From: Chamaesiphon sp. | GTDB taxonomy: Bacteria > Cyanobacteriota > Cyanobacteriia > Cyanobacteriales > Chamaesiphonaceae | Assembly (NCBI GenBank): GCA_965246715.1 | Contig: CBDFFH010000049.1 | Coordinates: 73,778-137,777, forward strand | DNA: 64,000 bases | Direction: 5' to 3' | Part shown: positions 1 through 10,094 of the stretch, piece after piece | Position numbering within the stretch: the stretch's first letter is position 1 | How the letters are laid out: every line of letters starts with the position of its first letter | Translations under genes and position numbers: made by a program | Notes under the pieces: generated by a model | Told to the model about the DNA's origin: nothing | Databases searched by the model: none | The model's input: the letters and a program-made list of their open reading frames with translations, nothing else

Positions 1-81
1 TTACAAAATATCGATCCCGTTCTCGCTCATTCTATCTCGGTCGCCGCTCCCGTCCAACCCCTGCATGGCGATCGAGTCTAG
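1..81 (+). CDS. 3' end of a CDS starting before the window (product unknown)
   Basis: Open frame from base 1 reads LQNIDPVLAHSISVAAPVQPLHGDRV then TAG at 79-81. Confidence 0.4.
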   Translation, partial: LQNIDPVLAHSISVAAPVQPLHGDRV

Positions 82-292
82 CGGAAATTTTAGCTAATCC
101 TCTCATCCCAGCGATCGACGGATATTGGCTAGCGGAATTGGGTGGATTCTATGTCAGGAATTATAATGATATCGACATGAAATAACGGTTAGGTATTCAT
201 TTGCGACAGCATAAACCAACCGATTCGTATCATCAATGCGGCGCGATCGAAAGCCAGCAATTTGACCACCCTACATGACTAGCCACTAGCCA

Positions 293-1057
293 CTAACCCG
301 TAAACTTCACCTTGATTGGCTCGACGGTTTTAGCAATCTTATCGAGGGGTTGTTTGCGTTGTTTTCCAGAGAAGACGTTGACTTGATAGACGATCGCATT
401 GGTGAGATCCAGCGCTGTCAACCAGCCGCTTTTGCGATGATAGGCACCAGTTTCGATGTCGATCCAGCCTGGGCCTTGGGCGATTTCGCCAGGACGCACG
501 CCAGGTAAGGTAAAGGTAATCGTGTGCCCAGTGACGATCGTTTTGTCGGGGAAATAAGGGAATTGATTGCTCAAAAACTTTTCTCTAATCCAGCAAAACT
601 GGTCGTTATTTTGGCGATCTAGGGACAGAAAGGGATCGACACCAGCATGGACTAAAAATATATCGCCTAAATCTAGATAAGGTGGTAGACTAGCAAACCA
701 GTCGAGATCGTCTTGCGGAATCCCATTGTTACCATAACTGGCGAGTGTGGTATCGCCGCCAGAGGGCAACCAGTGCCGTAAGGCGATCTCATCGATATCA
801 CCATCATTAAAAGAAGCTAGCAACATTACTTCATGATTGCCCATCAAGCACGGATAGCCTCGCTCCCGAATCCATTTGACTACCTCTGCACTCTTTGGCC
901 CACGATCGATGACATCTCCCAAAAAATACACTCGATCGTCCACGCCGAGTTGACAAAAGTCAATTAATTTACATAAGCCATCAAAATGACCGTGTACATC
1001 ACCAATTACAATTTGTCGGGGGTTGCTGCTATTCTTTTTGTGAAATAAATTAAACAT
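293..1057 (-). CDS. PPP/ApaH-like metallophosphoesterase (Ser/Thr protein phosphatase family)
   Basis: GDVHG, GDVIDRG, GNHE, VHAG and GHT calcineurin-like motifs. Confidence 0.9.
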   Translation of the reverse strand: MFNLFHKKNSSNPRQIVIGDVHGHFDGLCKLIDFCQLGVDDRVYFLGDVIDRGPKSAEVVKWIRERGYPCLMGNHEVMLLASFNDGDIDEIALRHWLPSGGDTTLASYGNNGIPQDDLDWFASLPPYLDLGDIFLVHAGVDPFLSLDRQNNDQFCWIREKFLSNQFPYFPDKTIVTGHTITFTLPGVRPGEIAQGPGWIDIETGAYHRKSGWLTALDLTNAIVYQVNVFSGKQRKQPLDKIAKTVEPIKVKFTG

Positions 1058-1385
1058 AGAGTAGTAATTGCTGGACTCGAACGAGCGAGGTAAAACCGAT
1101 CTTCCGGTAGTTGGTAGCGACTTGATATATACGCTGAAAGTTGGGGGCTTACTCAGTAAATTCTTCTTTTATTATAATTCCTCGATTCGATCGCAAAATT
1201 GAGAATTTAGACCGTGTTTCTTCATTTTAATCCTAACGGGAAGGTGCTAGATGTAACGCTTGCAAATCTAATTATTTGTAATTAATGAAATCTAGCGAAC
1301 ATGTCGAGCTGAGACACCTAAAATCGTTGCTAGATTCTAGCGATCGTAATATCTATATTCATGAATTTTTATTTGGGGCAAGCAA

Positions 1386-1985
1386 ATGACTGCTAGTGTA
1401 CTACCGACAATGAATATTCTCTGCCAACAGACATCATTAGCATGGCTCGAACAGGCGTTAGGCAATTTGGATACGATTTTATTAGATCATTCCCATTGCG
1501 AGCGCAAAGCCGCCGGAACAGCAATTAACTTGATGTTTCGTTACCCATCGTATCCTAAGCTGGTACGTCAACTAACAGCGATCGCAAGGGAAGAATTAGA
1601 ACATTTCGATCTCGTCAATCAAATCCTCGAACAGCGTGGGGTGCCGCTCGCACCACTAAATGCGCCACCTTATGCCAAAGGATTGATGAGTCAAATTCGC
1701 ACTCAAGAACCAAATCGCTTGCTCGATTCCCTGGTGGTGAGCGGTCTAATTGAAGCCCGTTCTCACGAGCGATTGGGATTGCTCGGCACCCATCTCCCAG
1801 ATCCTCAACTCGCGGCATTTTATCGGAGCTTGATGGCATCGGAAGCGCGTCATTTCGGGTTCTATTGGCTATTAGCCGATACTTATTTCGATCGGGAGGT
1901 AGTACAGTCGCGATTGGGTGAACTCGCGATCGTCGAAAGCGATTTGTTAGCAACGTTGTATCATCAACCACGAATTCATAGTTAA
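1386..1985 (+). CDS. miaE: tRNA-(ms2io6A37) hydroxylase
   Basis: DHSHCERKAA, EELEHF, IEARSHER and SEARH di-iron motifs. Confidence 0.9.
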   Translation: MTASVLPTMNILCQQTSLAWLEQALGNLDTILLDHSHCERKAAGTAINLMFRYPSYPKLVRQLTAIAREELEHFDLVNQILEQRGVPLAPLNAPPYAKGLMSQIRTQEPNRLLDSLVVSGLIEARSHERLGLLGTHLPDPQLAAFYRSLMASEARHFGFYWLLADTYFDREVVQSRLGELAIVESDLLATLYHQPRIHS

Positions 1986-2014
1986 ATTATGAATTATGAA
2001 CTGAGTTGTGAATC

Positions 2015-2509
2015 ATGAAGAAGATCGCCCGCTATCAAGATTATCTCATCCGGCAGTGGCAATTTCAGGATCGTAGTGGTACTACCGCAATAATTGGCAA
2101 TATCCTAGCCGAATATGGGTTGGACTGGGAGCCAGATGGAGCCGATCGCGATGTGTTGGATATCGAGACATATTATTTCGATCGGGGCGGTGATTTTTGG
2201 GTGGTGGAAGATCGAGGTCAATTGATTGGGACGGGCGCATATTATCCATGTAATCGGGGTGAGAAGGCGGTAGAAATTCGGAAAATGTACTTATTGCCAA
2301 CTGCTAGAGGACAGGGCTTAGGCAGGTATCTACTGGCGCAATTGGAGCGCGTTATTACCAAGAAAGGATATACCCAAATCTGGGTCGAAACTGCCAGCAG
2401 CCTCAAAGATGCCGTCAGGTTGTACGAACTCAATGGTTATCAGCCAGCCACCGGAGTAGAGACACCCAGATGCGATCGGGTCTATGTCAAATCGATCGGC
2501 ACTGAGTAA
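2015..2509 (+). CDS. GNAT family N-acetyltransferase
   Basis: EIRKMYLLPTARGQGLG acetyl-CoA binding motif; AVRLYELNGY. Confidence 0.88.
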   Translation: MKKIARYQDYLIRQWQFQDRSGTTAIIGNILAEYGLDWEPDGADRDVLDIETYYFDRGGDFWVVEDRGQLIGTGAYYPCNRGEKAVEIRKMYLLPTARGQGLGRYLLAQLERVITKKGYTQIWVETASSLKDAVRLYELNGYQPATGVETPRCDRVYVKSIGTE

Positions 2510-2589
2510 ATTTTTACTAGAAACTCAGCCACCAGTGAAAATTTCGCCCGTCAACACTTGTTTATTTACGGCGATCCGACAGCAAATGA

Positions 2590-3342
2590 ATGCTCACAAG
2601 AAAAATCTTGAGAACCAAGCGCAGGCTCATAGCAGCGTTCGGGATATTTATCTTCTTGATATCGATTTGGGGCGCGTTATTTTATACTGGTATCCTTCAA
2701 ATCAATCGCCCGACTCGACAACAATTTCCCATCCAGGGCATCGATCTTTCCGAACATCAAGGCGAAATAGATTGGGCGAAGATCGATCGGCGTGAAGTTA
2801 ATTTTGTATTTATCAAGGCGACAGAGGGCGGTGACTATCGCGATCTTCGATTCGATCGCAATTGGCTCAGAGCAAAGAATGCCAAGATCGATCGAGGTGC
2901 ATATCATTTCTTTACATTTTGTAAGGCTGGTTCGTTACAAGCGCAAAATTTTAGCGATACCGTTCCTGTTAGTCAAGATATTTTACCGCCAGTCATCGAT
3001 TTAGAGTTTAGTGGTAATTGTCAACGCCGACCATCGCTAGCCGAGCTGAAGCAAGAATTAACCGATTATATTAGGCGGATTACTGCTGTATATCATCGGC
3101 AGCCGATTTTGTATGTTACGCATGAATTCTACAATGCTTATCTCCAAAATGAATTTACCGATTATTCAATCTGGATTAGCGATTTTTATCGCCGGCCTAA
3201 TTTCGATCGGGCCAACCGCCCATGGCTGTTTTGGCAATATAGCGAACGTGGGCGGATAGCCGGGATAAACACCTTGGTAGATTTAAATGTGTTTTACGGC
3301 ACTAGGGAGCAGTTTCGACAACTTTTGCAGCGGAGTGAATAA
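2590..3342 (+). CDS. GH25 family lysozyme/muramidase with N-terminal membrane anchor
   Basis: GIDLS, FIKATEG, GAYHFF, IDLE (DxE), WQYS and VDLNVF motifs; hydrophobic N-terminal helix. Confidence 0.9.
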   Translation: MLTRKILRTKRRLIAAFGIFIFLISIWGALFYTGILQINRPTRQQFPIQGIDLSEHQGEIDWAKIDRREVNFVFIKATEGGDYRDLRFDRNWLRAKNAKIDRGAYHFFTFCKAGSLQAQNFSDTVPVSQDILPPVIDLEFSGNCQRRPSLAELKQELTDYIRRITAVYHRQPILYVTHEFYNAYLQNEFTDYSIWISDFYRRPNFDRANRPWLFWQYSERGRIAGINTLVDLNVFYGTREQFRQLLQRSE

Positions 3343-3566
3343 TTTACCATAATTACGATAAAGTAGATTGCTACTAGCTAGGCTTGCAACTTGGTAATAC
3401 ATCAAATGTGCGCCCGGTGGAAAACCGATCTCCCCTGCTGAATTGGCCGGAGGTTGGTGGCAGATCCCTGGTAAAGCTTCAATCCTAAAAACCGATCGAT
3501 CGCTGCTTAAATCGCTCGTCCAAATGTCTTAGTCTCAGCCACATATCCTTACCCTAATCGAAATCG

Positions 3567-6500
3567 ATGATCCCGATCGCCCATTCGAGCAATCTCTGCC
3601 CCGATCTCAGGATTCAGATCGACTGTCTCCACCAATTATTTGAAAGTCAAGCCGATACTCAGGCTCAGCATCCAGCAATTGTCTACCAGTCAACCGTACT
3701 CAATTATGGCGAAGTCGAAGCGCGCTCGAATCAATTGGCGCGCCTGCTCAGGCGACAAGGCGTCGAATGTGGCTCCAGGGTGGGATTATTGCTACCGCGA
3801 TCGCCAGAATTATACATCGCGATCTTAGCAATTCTCAAAGCAGGTGGGGCATACGTTCCACTAGATCCCGAGTATCCAGCCGATCGGATCGAGTATATTT
3901 TGGCCGACTGTGGGATCCAAACGATCGTCACTACCACTGCGCTGGCTGAGGATAAAGATCTTCAAGTCCCAAATATCGTTTGTGTCGCGCGCGCACAAGC
4001 AAAACTAACATTAGAATCAGCTGATAGACTCACTCATGATGAAGTGCCCATCAGCGATCGCGACTTGAGCTATGTTATCTATACATCCGGCTCCACAGGT
4101 AGACCCAAGGGGGTGGAGATCGAGCACCGCAGTAGCGTTAATTACATTCAGGTTGTCAATCGCGAAGTTTATCATGTGAACCCTACCGATCGCGTTTATC
4201 AGGGATTTTCGATCGCCTTTGATGCGTCGGTAGAGGAGGTCTGGTGTGCCTTTGCGGCGGGTGCGGCGTTAGTAGTCGGATCGATCGAGCAAGTCCGTTC
4301 GGGTGTGGATTTAGCCCACTTTCTTGCCGAGCAGCAAGTGACAGTATTATCTTGCGTACCGACGCTGTTGGCGATGATGGAGGTGGAAGTGCCGACCATT
4401 CGGTTGTTGATTTTGGGTGGGGAGCAATGTCCCCAGGAATTGGCGACGCGCTGGTGTAATGACAAACGGCGGGTAATTAATACTTATGGGCCGACTGAGG
4501 CTACTGTCGTCAGTACCTGGCACGAATGTCATCCCGATCGCACCATCACGATCGGCAAACCGTTACCAACATACCAAGTTTATCTGCTCGATGAGACATT
4601 AGAACCTGTCGCACCTGGAGTCGAGGGCGAAATTCATATCGGTGGGATCTGTCTGGCACGGGGTTATGTCAATCGTCCCGATTTGACGGCGGAGAAATTT
4701 ATCCCCAACCCATTTACCTTCGATCCCGATACCTCTGACAAGTTGTATAAAACGGGCGATTTAGGCAGTTGGACGGCTGATGGTGAAATTCAGTTTCTCG
4801 GACGGATCGACGGACAGGTAAAATTACGTGGCTTTCGGATCGAGCTAGCAGAAATCGAATCGGTTATCATGCAGTGTCCGGGGGTAAGTGCGGCGGTAGT
4901 GGCGGTTAAGGCGGTAGTTGAAGTCGATCGATTGATTGCTTATCTCGTGCCGCGTCAGGAGGCCATCCTAGATCTGACCGAAATCTGGGAGACGATGCGA
5001 TCGCGGTTACCCGTTTATATGGTACCTGCGAGTATCGAAATTTTAGATAGCTTACCCACCTTACCGAGCGGGAAAGTCGATCGCAAAAATCTGCCCGCAC
5101 CTGTAAATTTTGGGGCTAATTTACACCAGAAAACCACGGGAACTCCGCCGAGTAATCCCGTCGAGCGAGCGATCGCTGATACCTGGGAATCGATCTTTGG
5201 GATCGCCGGGATTTCGATCGACAATGACTTTTTTAGCGAACTCGGCGGACATTCATTACTCGCCGCGATCGTCGTCTCTAAATTACGCGAAACTCCGCAA
5301 TTTCAAGATCTCGCGGTCGTTGATATTTACCAATATCCGACCATTGCCAAATTAGCTACAGCATTGAGCCAGCGCTGGCAAGATCGAGCGCTCGATCTTG
5401 CTCGCTCGAAAGCGATGGGTAGCTCAAAATCAGAGCTAGCACATATTTCACCCACTCGATCGATTACTGCCAAACTTAAAGCCGTTAATACGCTCTGGGC
5501 GAGTATCGGCGTGTATCTCATGTACGTTATTTACAGTCTCCCGCTGCTAATTCCTGGCTTTGTTTACTACTCACTTACTGATGATAATGATACTTTTAGT
5601 CGCATTGGTGCGGGGGCGATCTCTGGTGCCCTAGTGATTGCGATGTATCCTACTTTGATCTTGCTGAGTATTGGCATTAAGTGGTTGGTTATCGGTCGCT
5701 TTAAACCAGGTAAATATCCACTGTGGAGTGCTTATTATTGGCGATTTTGGTTCGTGCAGCAGGTGCAATCTTTCGTGCCGATCGTGTTACTAACTGGTTC
5801 GCCATTATTAAATTGGTACTATCGGTTGATGGGTGCAAAAATTGGCAAAGATGTTTATTTAGCTACCACTGAATTATTAACCTTCGATACGATCGAGCTG
5901 GGTGCGCGGACGAGCATCGGTAACGATAGCCGCCTGTTAGGTTATGAGATTATCGATGGCTGGCTCAAAATCGGGCGGATTACCACTGGGGAGGATTGCT
6001 GTGTTGGTACCAATTCATCGTTGGGATTAAATAGTCACCTGGCAGATGGTGCCCAATTAGGCGATTTATCCTATCTGCCCGACAATGGCACCATCTCCGC
6101 AGCAGCAGCTTGGGTTGGCTCTCCTGCGCGGTTGCAACTCGCAACTAATAATTATGAGTTCCCAGCACATCCTGCCCCTCAGGGCCTATCATTTTTAGCA
6201 TATTTAGGTTATTTCCTTGGGTCGATCGGTCAATTACTAGTACCAGCGATCGCGGCGATTCCTGGCTTTCTGCTGTGGTGTAAATTAGTTGGTACAACAC
6301 ATTGGTATGTATGGGTGTTACCTTGTGCGGTAGTCGGCAGTGTGTCATTCACTGGGGTATTTTGTTTGCAGGTAGTCATCCTCAAACAATTACTTACTGG
6401 AAAAGTGCGCCCTGGTATCTATCGATTACATGGTAGTTTTGGCGTGCGACACTGGTTTATCGATCGATTGATGGCGATGAGCTTGGAAATGGTGCCGACG

Positions 6501-7613
6501 TTGTATTCTACGCTGTATTTGCTACCTTGGTTGCGGCTGTTGGGTGCCAAGATCGGTGCGAGGGCAGAAATCTCTACCGCTAGTCATATTACGCCAGATT
6601 TACTCTCGATCGGCTCGGAGAGCTTTATTGCCGATACGGTATCGCTCGGTGCCAGCCAAGTCAAGCATGGTTGGCTGCGGCTGGCGCACACGCAAATCGG
6701 CAGCCAAGCTTTCGTCGGGAATGGTGCGCTGGTGCCTGGGAACGGCTATGTTGCCGATAACTGTCTGATCGGCTGTATGTCAGTACCGCCAACCGATCGG
6801 GATTTAATGCAGCCGGATAGCGCCTGGATGGGTTCGCCAGCGATCTATATTCCCCACCGTCAGATCGTCGATGAATATACCGCTGCCGAAACCTACAAAC
6901 CCGGGCGTAATCTGTATTGGCAGCGATTGGCACTAGAGTTTTGCCGCGTCACGATACCTGGCAGCATTCACTTTATCGTCTTGTTGGGAATGGAAGTGAC
7001 GATGCTCAATTTACCCGACTATTTAGAGCTATTCAACCTACCCAATTATTTACATTTTTTGCTGGTGAGCGCGATTTTTCCGCTGATTTACGGTGCGGCA
7101 TCGATCGGTTCGACGCTATTTGTCATCGCCCTCAAATGGTTGGTTGTCGGACGGTACAAACCAGGTACGATCCCATTATGGAGCAACTTTGTCTGGCGGA
7201 CGGAGTTTATCACGGGCTTGTATGAATCGATGGTGGTAGCGGGCTGTCTTGGGTTCTTTCTGGGTACTCCCTTTGCCTCGATTATCCTGCGCTTACTGGG
7301 AATGCGTGTCGGCAAAGGGGTCTATATCGATACTACCGATTTTACGGAATTCGACCTAATCTCGATCGGGGATAATGTCATCCTCAACCATAACTGTACC
7401 CTCCAAACTCACCTATTTGAAGACCGCGTGATGAAAATGGAGCGGGTGCGCTTGGATCGGGGTTGTCAACTGGGCACAACGGCAGTAGTTTTATATGATT
7501 CGCTGTTAGAATCGGATGTCTTACTCCATCCGATGTCGCTAATTATGAAGGGCGAACGCGTCCCTGCCGCGACAGATTGGCAAGGAATTCCCGCTAGCCG
7601 CGTCTATATTTAG
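3567..7613 (+). CDS. Pls/PosA-family membrane-bound single-module NRPS (A-T plus three TM/C-terminal repeat domains)
   Basis: A-domain motifs YTSGSTGRPKG, YGPTE, YKTGD, GKVDR; T-domain GGHSL; no canonical C or TE domain; several TM helices; three RxxGx(K/R)(I/V)G repeats; C-terminal LQTHLFEDRVMK. Confidence 0.9.
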   Translation: MIPIAHSSNLCPDLRIQIDCLHQLFESQADTQAQHPAIVYQSTVLNYGEVEARSNQLARLLRRQGVECGSRVGLLLPRSPELYIAILAILKAGGAYVPLDPEYPADRIEYILADCGIQTIVTTTALAEDKDLQVPNIVCVARAQAKLTLESADRLTHDEVPISDRDLSYVIYTSGSTGRPKGVEIEHRSSVNYIQVVNREVYHVNPTDRVYQGFSIAFDASVEEVWCAFAAGAALVVGSIEQVRSGVDLAHFLAEQQVTVLSCVPTLLAMMEVEVPTIRLLILGGEQCPQELATRWCNDKRRVINTYGPTEATVVSTWHECHPDRTITIGKPLPTYQVYLLDETLEPVAPGVEGEIHIGGICLARGYVNRPDLTAEKFIPNPFTFDPDTSDKLYKTGDLGSWTADGEIQFLGRIDGQVKLRGFRIELAEIESVIMQCPGVSAAVVAVKAVVEVDRLIAYLVPRQEAILDLTEIWETMRSRLPVYMVPASIEILDSLPTLPSGKVDRKNLPAPVNFGANLHQKTTGTPPSNPVERAIADTWESIFGIAGISIDNDFFSELGGHSLLAAIVVSKLRETPQFQDLAVVDIYQYPTIAKLATALSQRWQDRALDLARSKAMGSSKSELAHISPTRSITAKLKAVNTLWASIGVYLMYVIYSLPLLIPGFVYYSLTDDNDTFSRIGAGAISGALVIAMYPTLILLSIGIKWLVIGRFKPGKYPLWSAYYWRFWFVQQVQSFVPIVLLTGSPLLNWYYRLMGAKIGKDVYLATTELLTFDTIELGARTSIGNDSRLLGYEIIDGWLKIGRITTGEDCCVGTNSSLGLNSHLADGAQLGDLSYLPDNGTISAAAAWVGSPARLQLATNNYEFPAHPAPQGLSFLAYLGYFLGSIGQLLVPAIAAIPGFLLWCKLVGTTHWYVWVLPCAVVGSVSFTGVFCLQVVILKQLLTGKVRPGIYRLHGSFGVRHWFIDRLMAMSLEMVPTLYSTLYLLPWLRLLGAKIGARAEISTASHITPDLLSIGSESFIADTVSLGASQVKHGWLRLAHTQIGSQAFVGNGALVPGNGYVADNCLIGCMSVPPTDRDLMQPDSAWMGSPAIYIPHRQIVDEYTAAETYKPGRNLYWQRLALEFCRVTIPGSIHFIVLLGMEVTMLNLPDYLELFNLPNYLHFLLVSAIFPLIYGAASIGSTLFVIALKWLVVGRYKPGTIPLWSNFVWRTEFITGLYESMVVAGCLGFFLGTPFASIILRLLGMRVGKGVYIDTTDFTEFDLISIGDNVILNHNCTLQTHLFEDRVMKMERVRLDRGCQLGTTAVVLYDSLLESDVLLHPMSLIMKGERVPAATDWQGIPASRVYI

Positions 7614-7822
7614 AGTAGAAGCTTTGACATTACTAGAGTTGCGGGGATCGGTCGCACCACTTCGGTTTGGATGTGGAACTCAATCGGCAGGAATTAAGTC
7701 AATTTGTTTCTAACCGAACAAAAATCTGGCTAAATTTGGCTAAAATTGAAATGTACGATGTTTAAGTAAGGAACCAACCTCAATCCCCAACAACTACGTT
7801 ATTCAACCAGGAGTGCCAAGCT

Positions 7823-8086
7823 TTGAAAACAACCAAATTTAAGAAATTACTCTTAGTTGGCCTGGGAAATATAGTATCTGGGATATTTTTTGGGGCTGGC
7901 TGCATTATGATCGAACATGCAGACAATACTTGGTGGCACGCTGAAAAAGATACATCGACGCAAGATGAAGTCGCCGCTGCTGATGAAGATACCCCCAGCA
8001 ACACTCCTGTAGGGTTGACTACGGTTAAAGCAACGAAGAATGACAGCACTGCTCCAAAGATCGCCAACCGCAACCCGATTAAATAG
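7823..8086 (+). CDS. small hypothetical protein with one N-terminal hydrophobic segment
   Basis: TTG start preceded by AGGAG; basic N-terminus followed by a hydrophobic helix. Confidence 0.5.
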   Translation: MKTTKFKKLLLVGLGNIVSGIFFGAGCIMIEHADNTWWHAEKDTSTQDEVAAADEDTPSNTPVGLTTVKATKNDSTAPKIANRNPIK

Positions 8087-8243
8087 CCCGATCGAGCGAT
8101 AATTGTGAGATCTGGCGGAAAATATTAACGATGAGCGATGGGGGTAACTTAAATCGTTATAGTAAGATTATGTTGCTCGATCGGTTGCCGCGATCGAGCG
8201 CCGCTCCAACCGCTGTGAGAGAATCGTTAGTAGAAATTCGATC

Positions 8244-8585
8244 GTGAATAAAATTATTTCAGTACCAGCTAGCTCGATTGTCAACTTGTCAACTACGGCC
8301 GAGAAAAGTCTGATTGAAGCTCAGCGGATGCAGGATGTATTGACACTGTTAAATAGTTTGACAGGACGAGAAGAGGCTACGATTAAATTAATTATCGATT
8401 GTTTGTATGATGTCGGATATGTCAATGCGATCGACAAAAAGATTCGCCTAAAACCACTTAATTCTGTGGCAAAATTGGTGGCGAGAAAGTCTAAGCCCGT
8501 AGTGCGAATCGTTGCTTGGCGATGGTTTAAGAAAAATTGCCCGACATTAATCGTTCGGTGGTTATACGGAAAGGTAAAGTTTTAG
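8244..8585 (+). CDS. conserved cyanobacterial hypothetical protein
   Basis: EEATIKLIIDCLYDVG and WRWFKKNCP resemble a widespread cyanobacterial hypothetical family. Confidence 0.7.
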   Translation: MNKIISVPASSIVNLSTTAEKSLIEAQRMQDVLTLLNSLTGREEATIKLIIDCLYDVGYVNAIDKKIRLKPLNSVAKLVARKSKPVVRIVAWRWFKKNCPTLIVRWLYGKVKF

Positions 8586-8637
8586 AAGATAGAAAACGGC
8601 ATTGCTGAATTTAGGAATGATTTATTTTAGGGGTAAA

Positions 8638-8691
8638 CTCAAAAATTGAGGTAGGGACAATTCATGAATTGCCCCTACCTCAATTTTTGAG
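8638..8691. repeat. GTAG-type REP-like palindrome (copy 1) with 13-bp inverted flanks
   Basis: ctcaaaaattgag GTAGGGACAATTCATGAATTGCCCCTAC ctcaatttttgag; preceded by a ggcattgctgaatttaggaatga MITE-like end near 8598. Confidence 0.85.
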
Positions 8692-8701
8692 CTAATTTCA
8701 A

Positions 8702-9397
8702 CTAAAAATTTACCTGATACATGGTAAATAACTCTCCGGGCTTGGTGGTGGTGACTTTACCACCAACTTCGGCGACGAGTTCGGTAAATTGTGCCAATGG
8801 GGTGAGATGTACCTCTGCACCTAAATACATTTCTAAAATCGCCCAGTTTTCCGCCAGTTCGGCAGTGGGATCGATCGCATCAAACACAAATACCCCATCC
8901 GGTTTTAAGACGCGCTTGACTTCTTGGAGGACGAGTTTCCAATATTCAGGGGGATAGTAACAACTAAATCCAGTAGCAACAGTCCGATCGAATGTATCGT
9001 TCTCATACTGTAACTGATGTGCCGCTCCAGCTTGCACGCCTTTAAATAACTTCGAGTTCAGTTGCGAACCGCGTGAATTTAGCGCCTGACGCGCAACGGT
9101 ACTGATTTCTTGCCCGTAGAAATATGTTTCCCACTCTCGCCAACCATAAATCAAAAAGCTCACGCCACAGCCGATATCCAAGCACCGATGATTTTTTTGG
9201 AATTTGGCTAATTCCCAAAATGGCGAGGTAATCTTTGCTGCGAGACTGTGACTTATCCACTCGCGAAAGATCGGCATTGCTTCTACTTCAGCGGGGAGTT
9301 CGACGGCTTCTTGCTTAAATTCCCGATCGAATCTCTGTCTGACTCGATCGATCTCGCTCGACCAATCATGGGATTGTGATATTACGGAGCTATACAT
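8702..9397 (-). CDS. class I SAM-dependent methyltransferase
   Basis: LDIGCG motif I; EVKRVLKPDG motif. Confidence 0.85.
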   Translation of the reverse strand: MYSSVISQSHDWSSEIDRVRQRFDREFKQEAVELPAEVEAMPIFREWISHSLAAKITSPFWELAKFQKNHRCLDIGCGVSFLIYGWREWETYFYGQEISTVARQALNSRGSQLNSKLFKGVQAGAAHQLQYENDTFDRTVATGFSCYYPPEYWKLVLQEVKRVLKPDGVFVFDAIDPTAELAENWAILEMYLGAEVHLTPLAQFTELVAEVGGKVTTTKPGELFTMYQVNF

Positions 9398-9410
9398 TCT
9401 TGATTATTAG

Positions 9411-10085
9411 TTAGCGATCGTTGGTTGATTTTTGGGATTTTAGATATTCAAATACTGATTTATCGCCGATATCAGGTGGGATGTTTTGGACAGCTTTGCG
9501 GAGCGCAAATACCAGAAATAGTGCCGCCCACAGAGCTAAGAGGATCGCTTCGACATTTGATGGTAACAGCTTTGCTAAATGTCCCAGTAATAGTCCGGGC
9601 ACTAATACCGTCAACAGCTTGGTTTCAAAGCGGTTGAAACAAAAAGCTTCTTTAAAGAAGATCCCTGTCAATGCCGCAAAAGTAAAGCCCACACCCAGCA
9701 ACGTTACTGGCTGTCGATAGACGATCTCCGCTAGCGGGATGTGATTCTCCAGCACCAAACCCAATGCACTGGCACAACCGATTGCCCAAAATATTTGCAA
9801 AGTGCGATGTAAAATACCCAAATAAATATGAATGGTCGAGAGGGCAATCCCCAATGCTACTGAAAAGCCAACATACAGCCAAGTCACTAAATCGAGCACA
9901 TTGGCAGTTATGCCACCACCAGCGAACTGAGCTAATACCGCCACCGTGCCAGCGCCAAAACAAACTGCTGCTACTAATAAAGCACCACGATAGATTACCA
10001 CACCTTGCCGATCGTCATCGGTAACGGTAAAGGTGCCAAATTGTCCTTGATAAATTTCTGGATTGACGTTTGATTCGATCGTCAT
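9411..10085 (-). CDS. DUF2301 family membrane protein
   Basis: YQGQFG, IHIY, FKEAFCF and DIGDKSVF motifs; multiple TM helices. Confidence 0.8.
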   Translation of the reverse strand: MTIESNVNPEIYQGQFGTFTVTDDDRQGVVIYRGALLVAAVCFGAGTVAVLAQFAGGGITANVLDLVTWLYVGFSVALGIALSTIHIYLGILHRTLQIFWAIGCASALGLVLENHIPLAEIVYRQPVTLLGVGFTFAALTGIFFKEAFCFNRFETKLLTVLVPGLLLGHLAKLLPSNVEAILLALWAALFLVFALRKAVQNIPPDIGDKSVFEYLKSQKSTNDR

Positions 10086-10094
10086 TATTAATTA

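Noticed and set aside
3343..3566. Possible riboswitch upstream of the NRPS
   Set aside because: Only weak short hairpins; no match to lysine, guanidine or c-di-GMP consensus that I can see.
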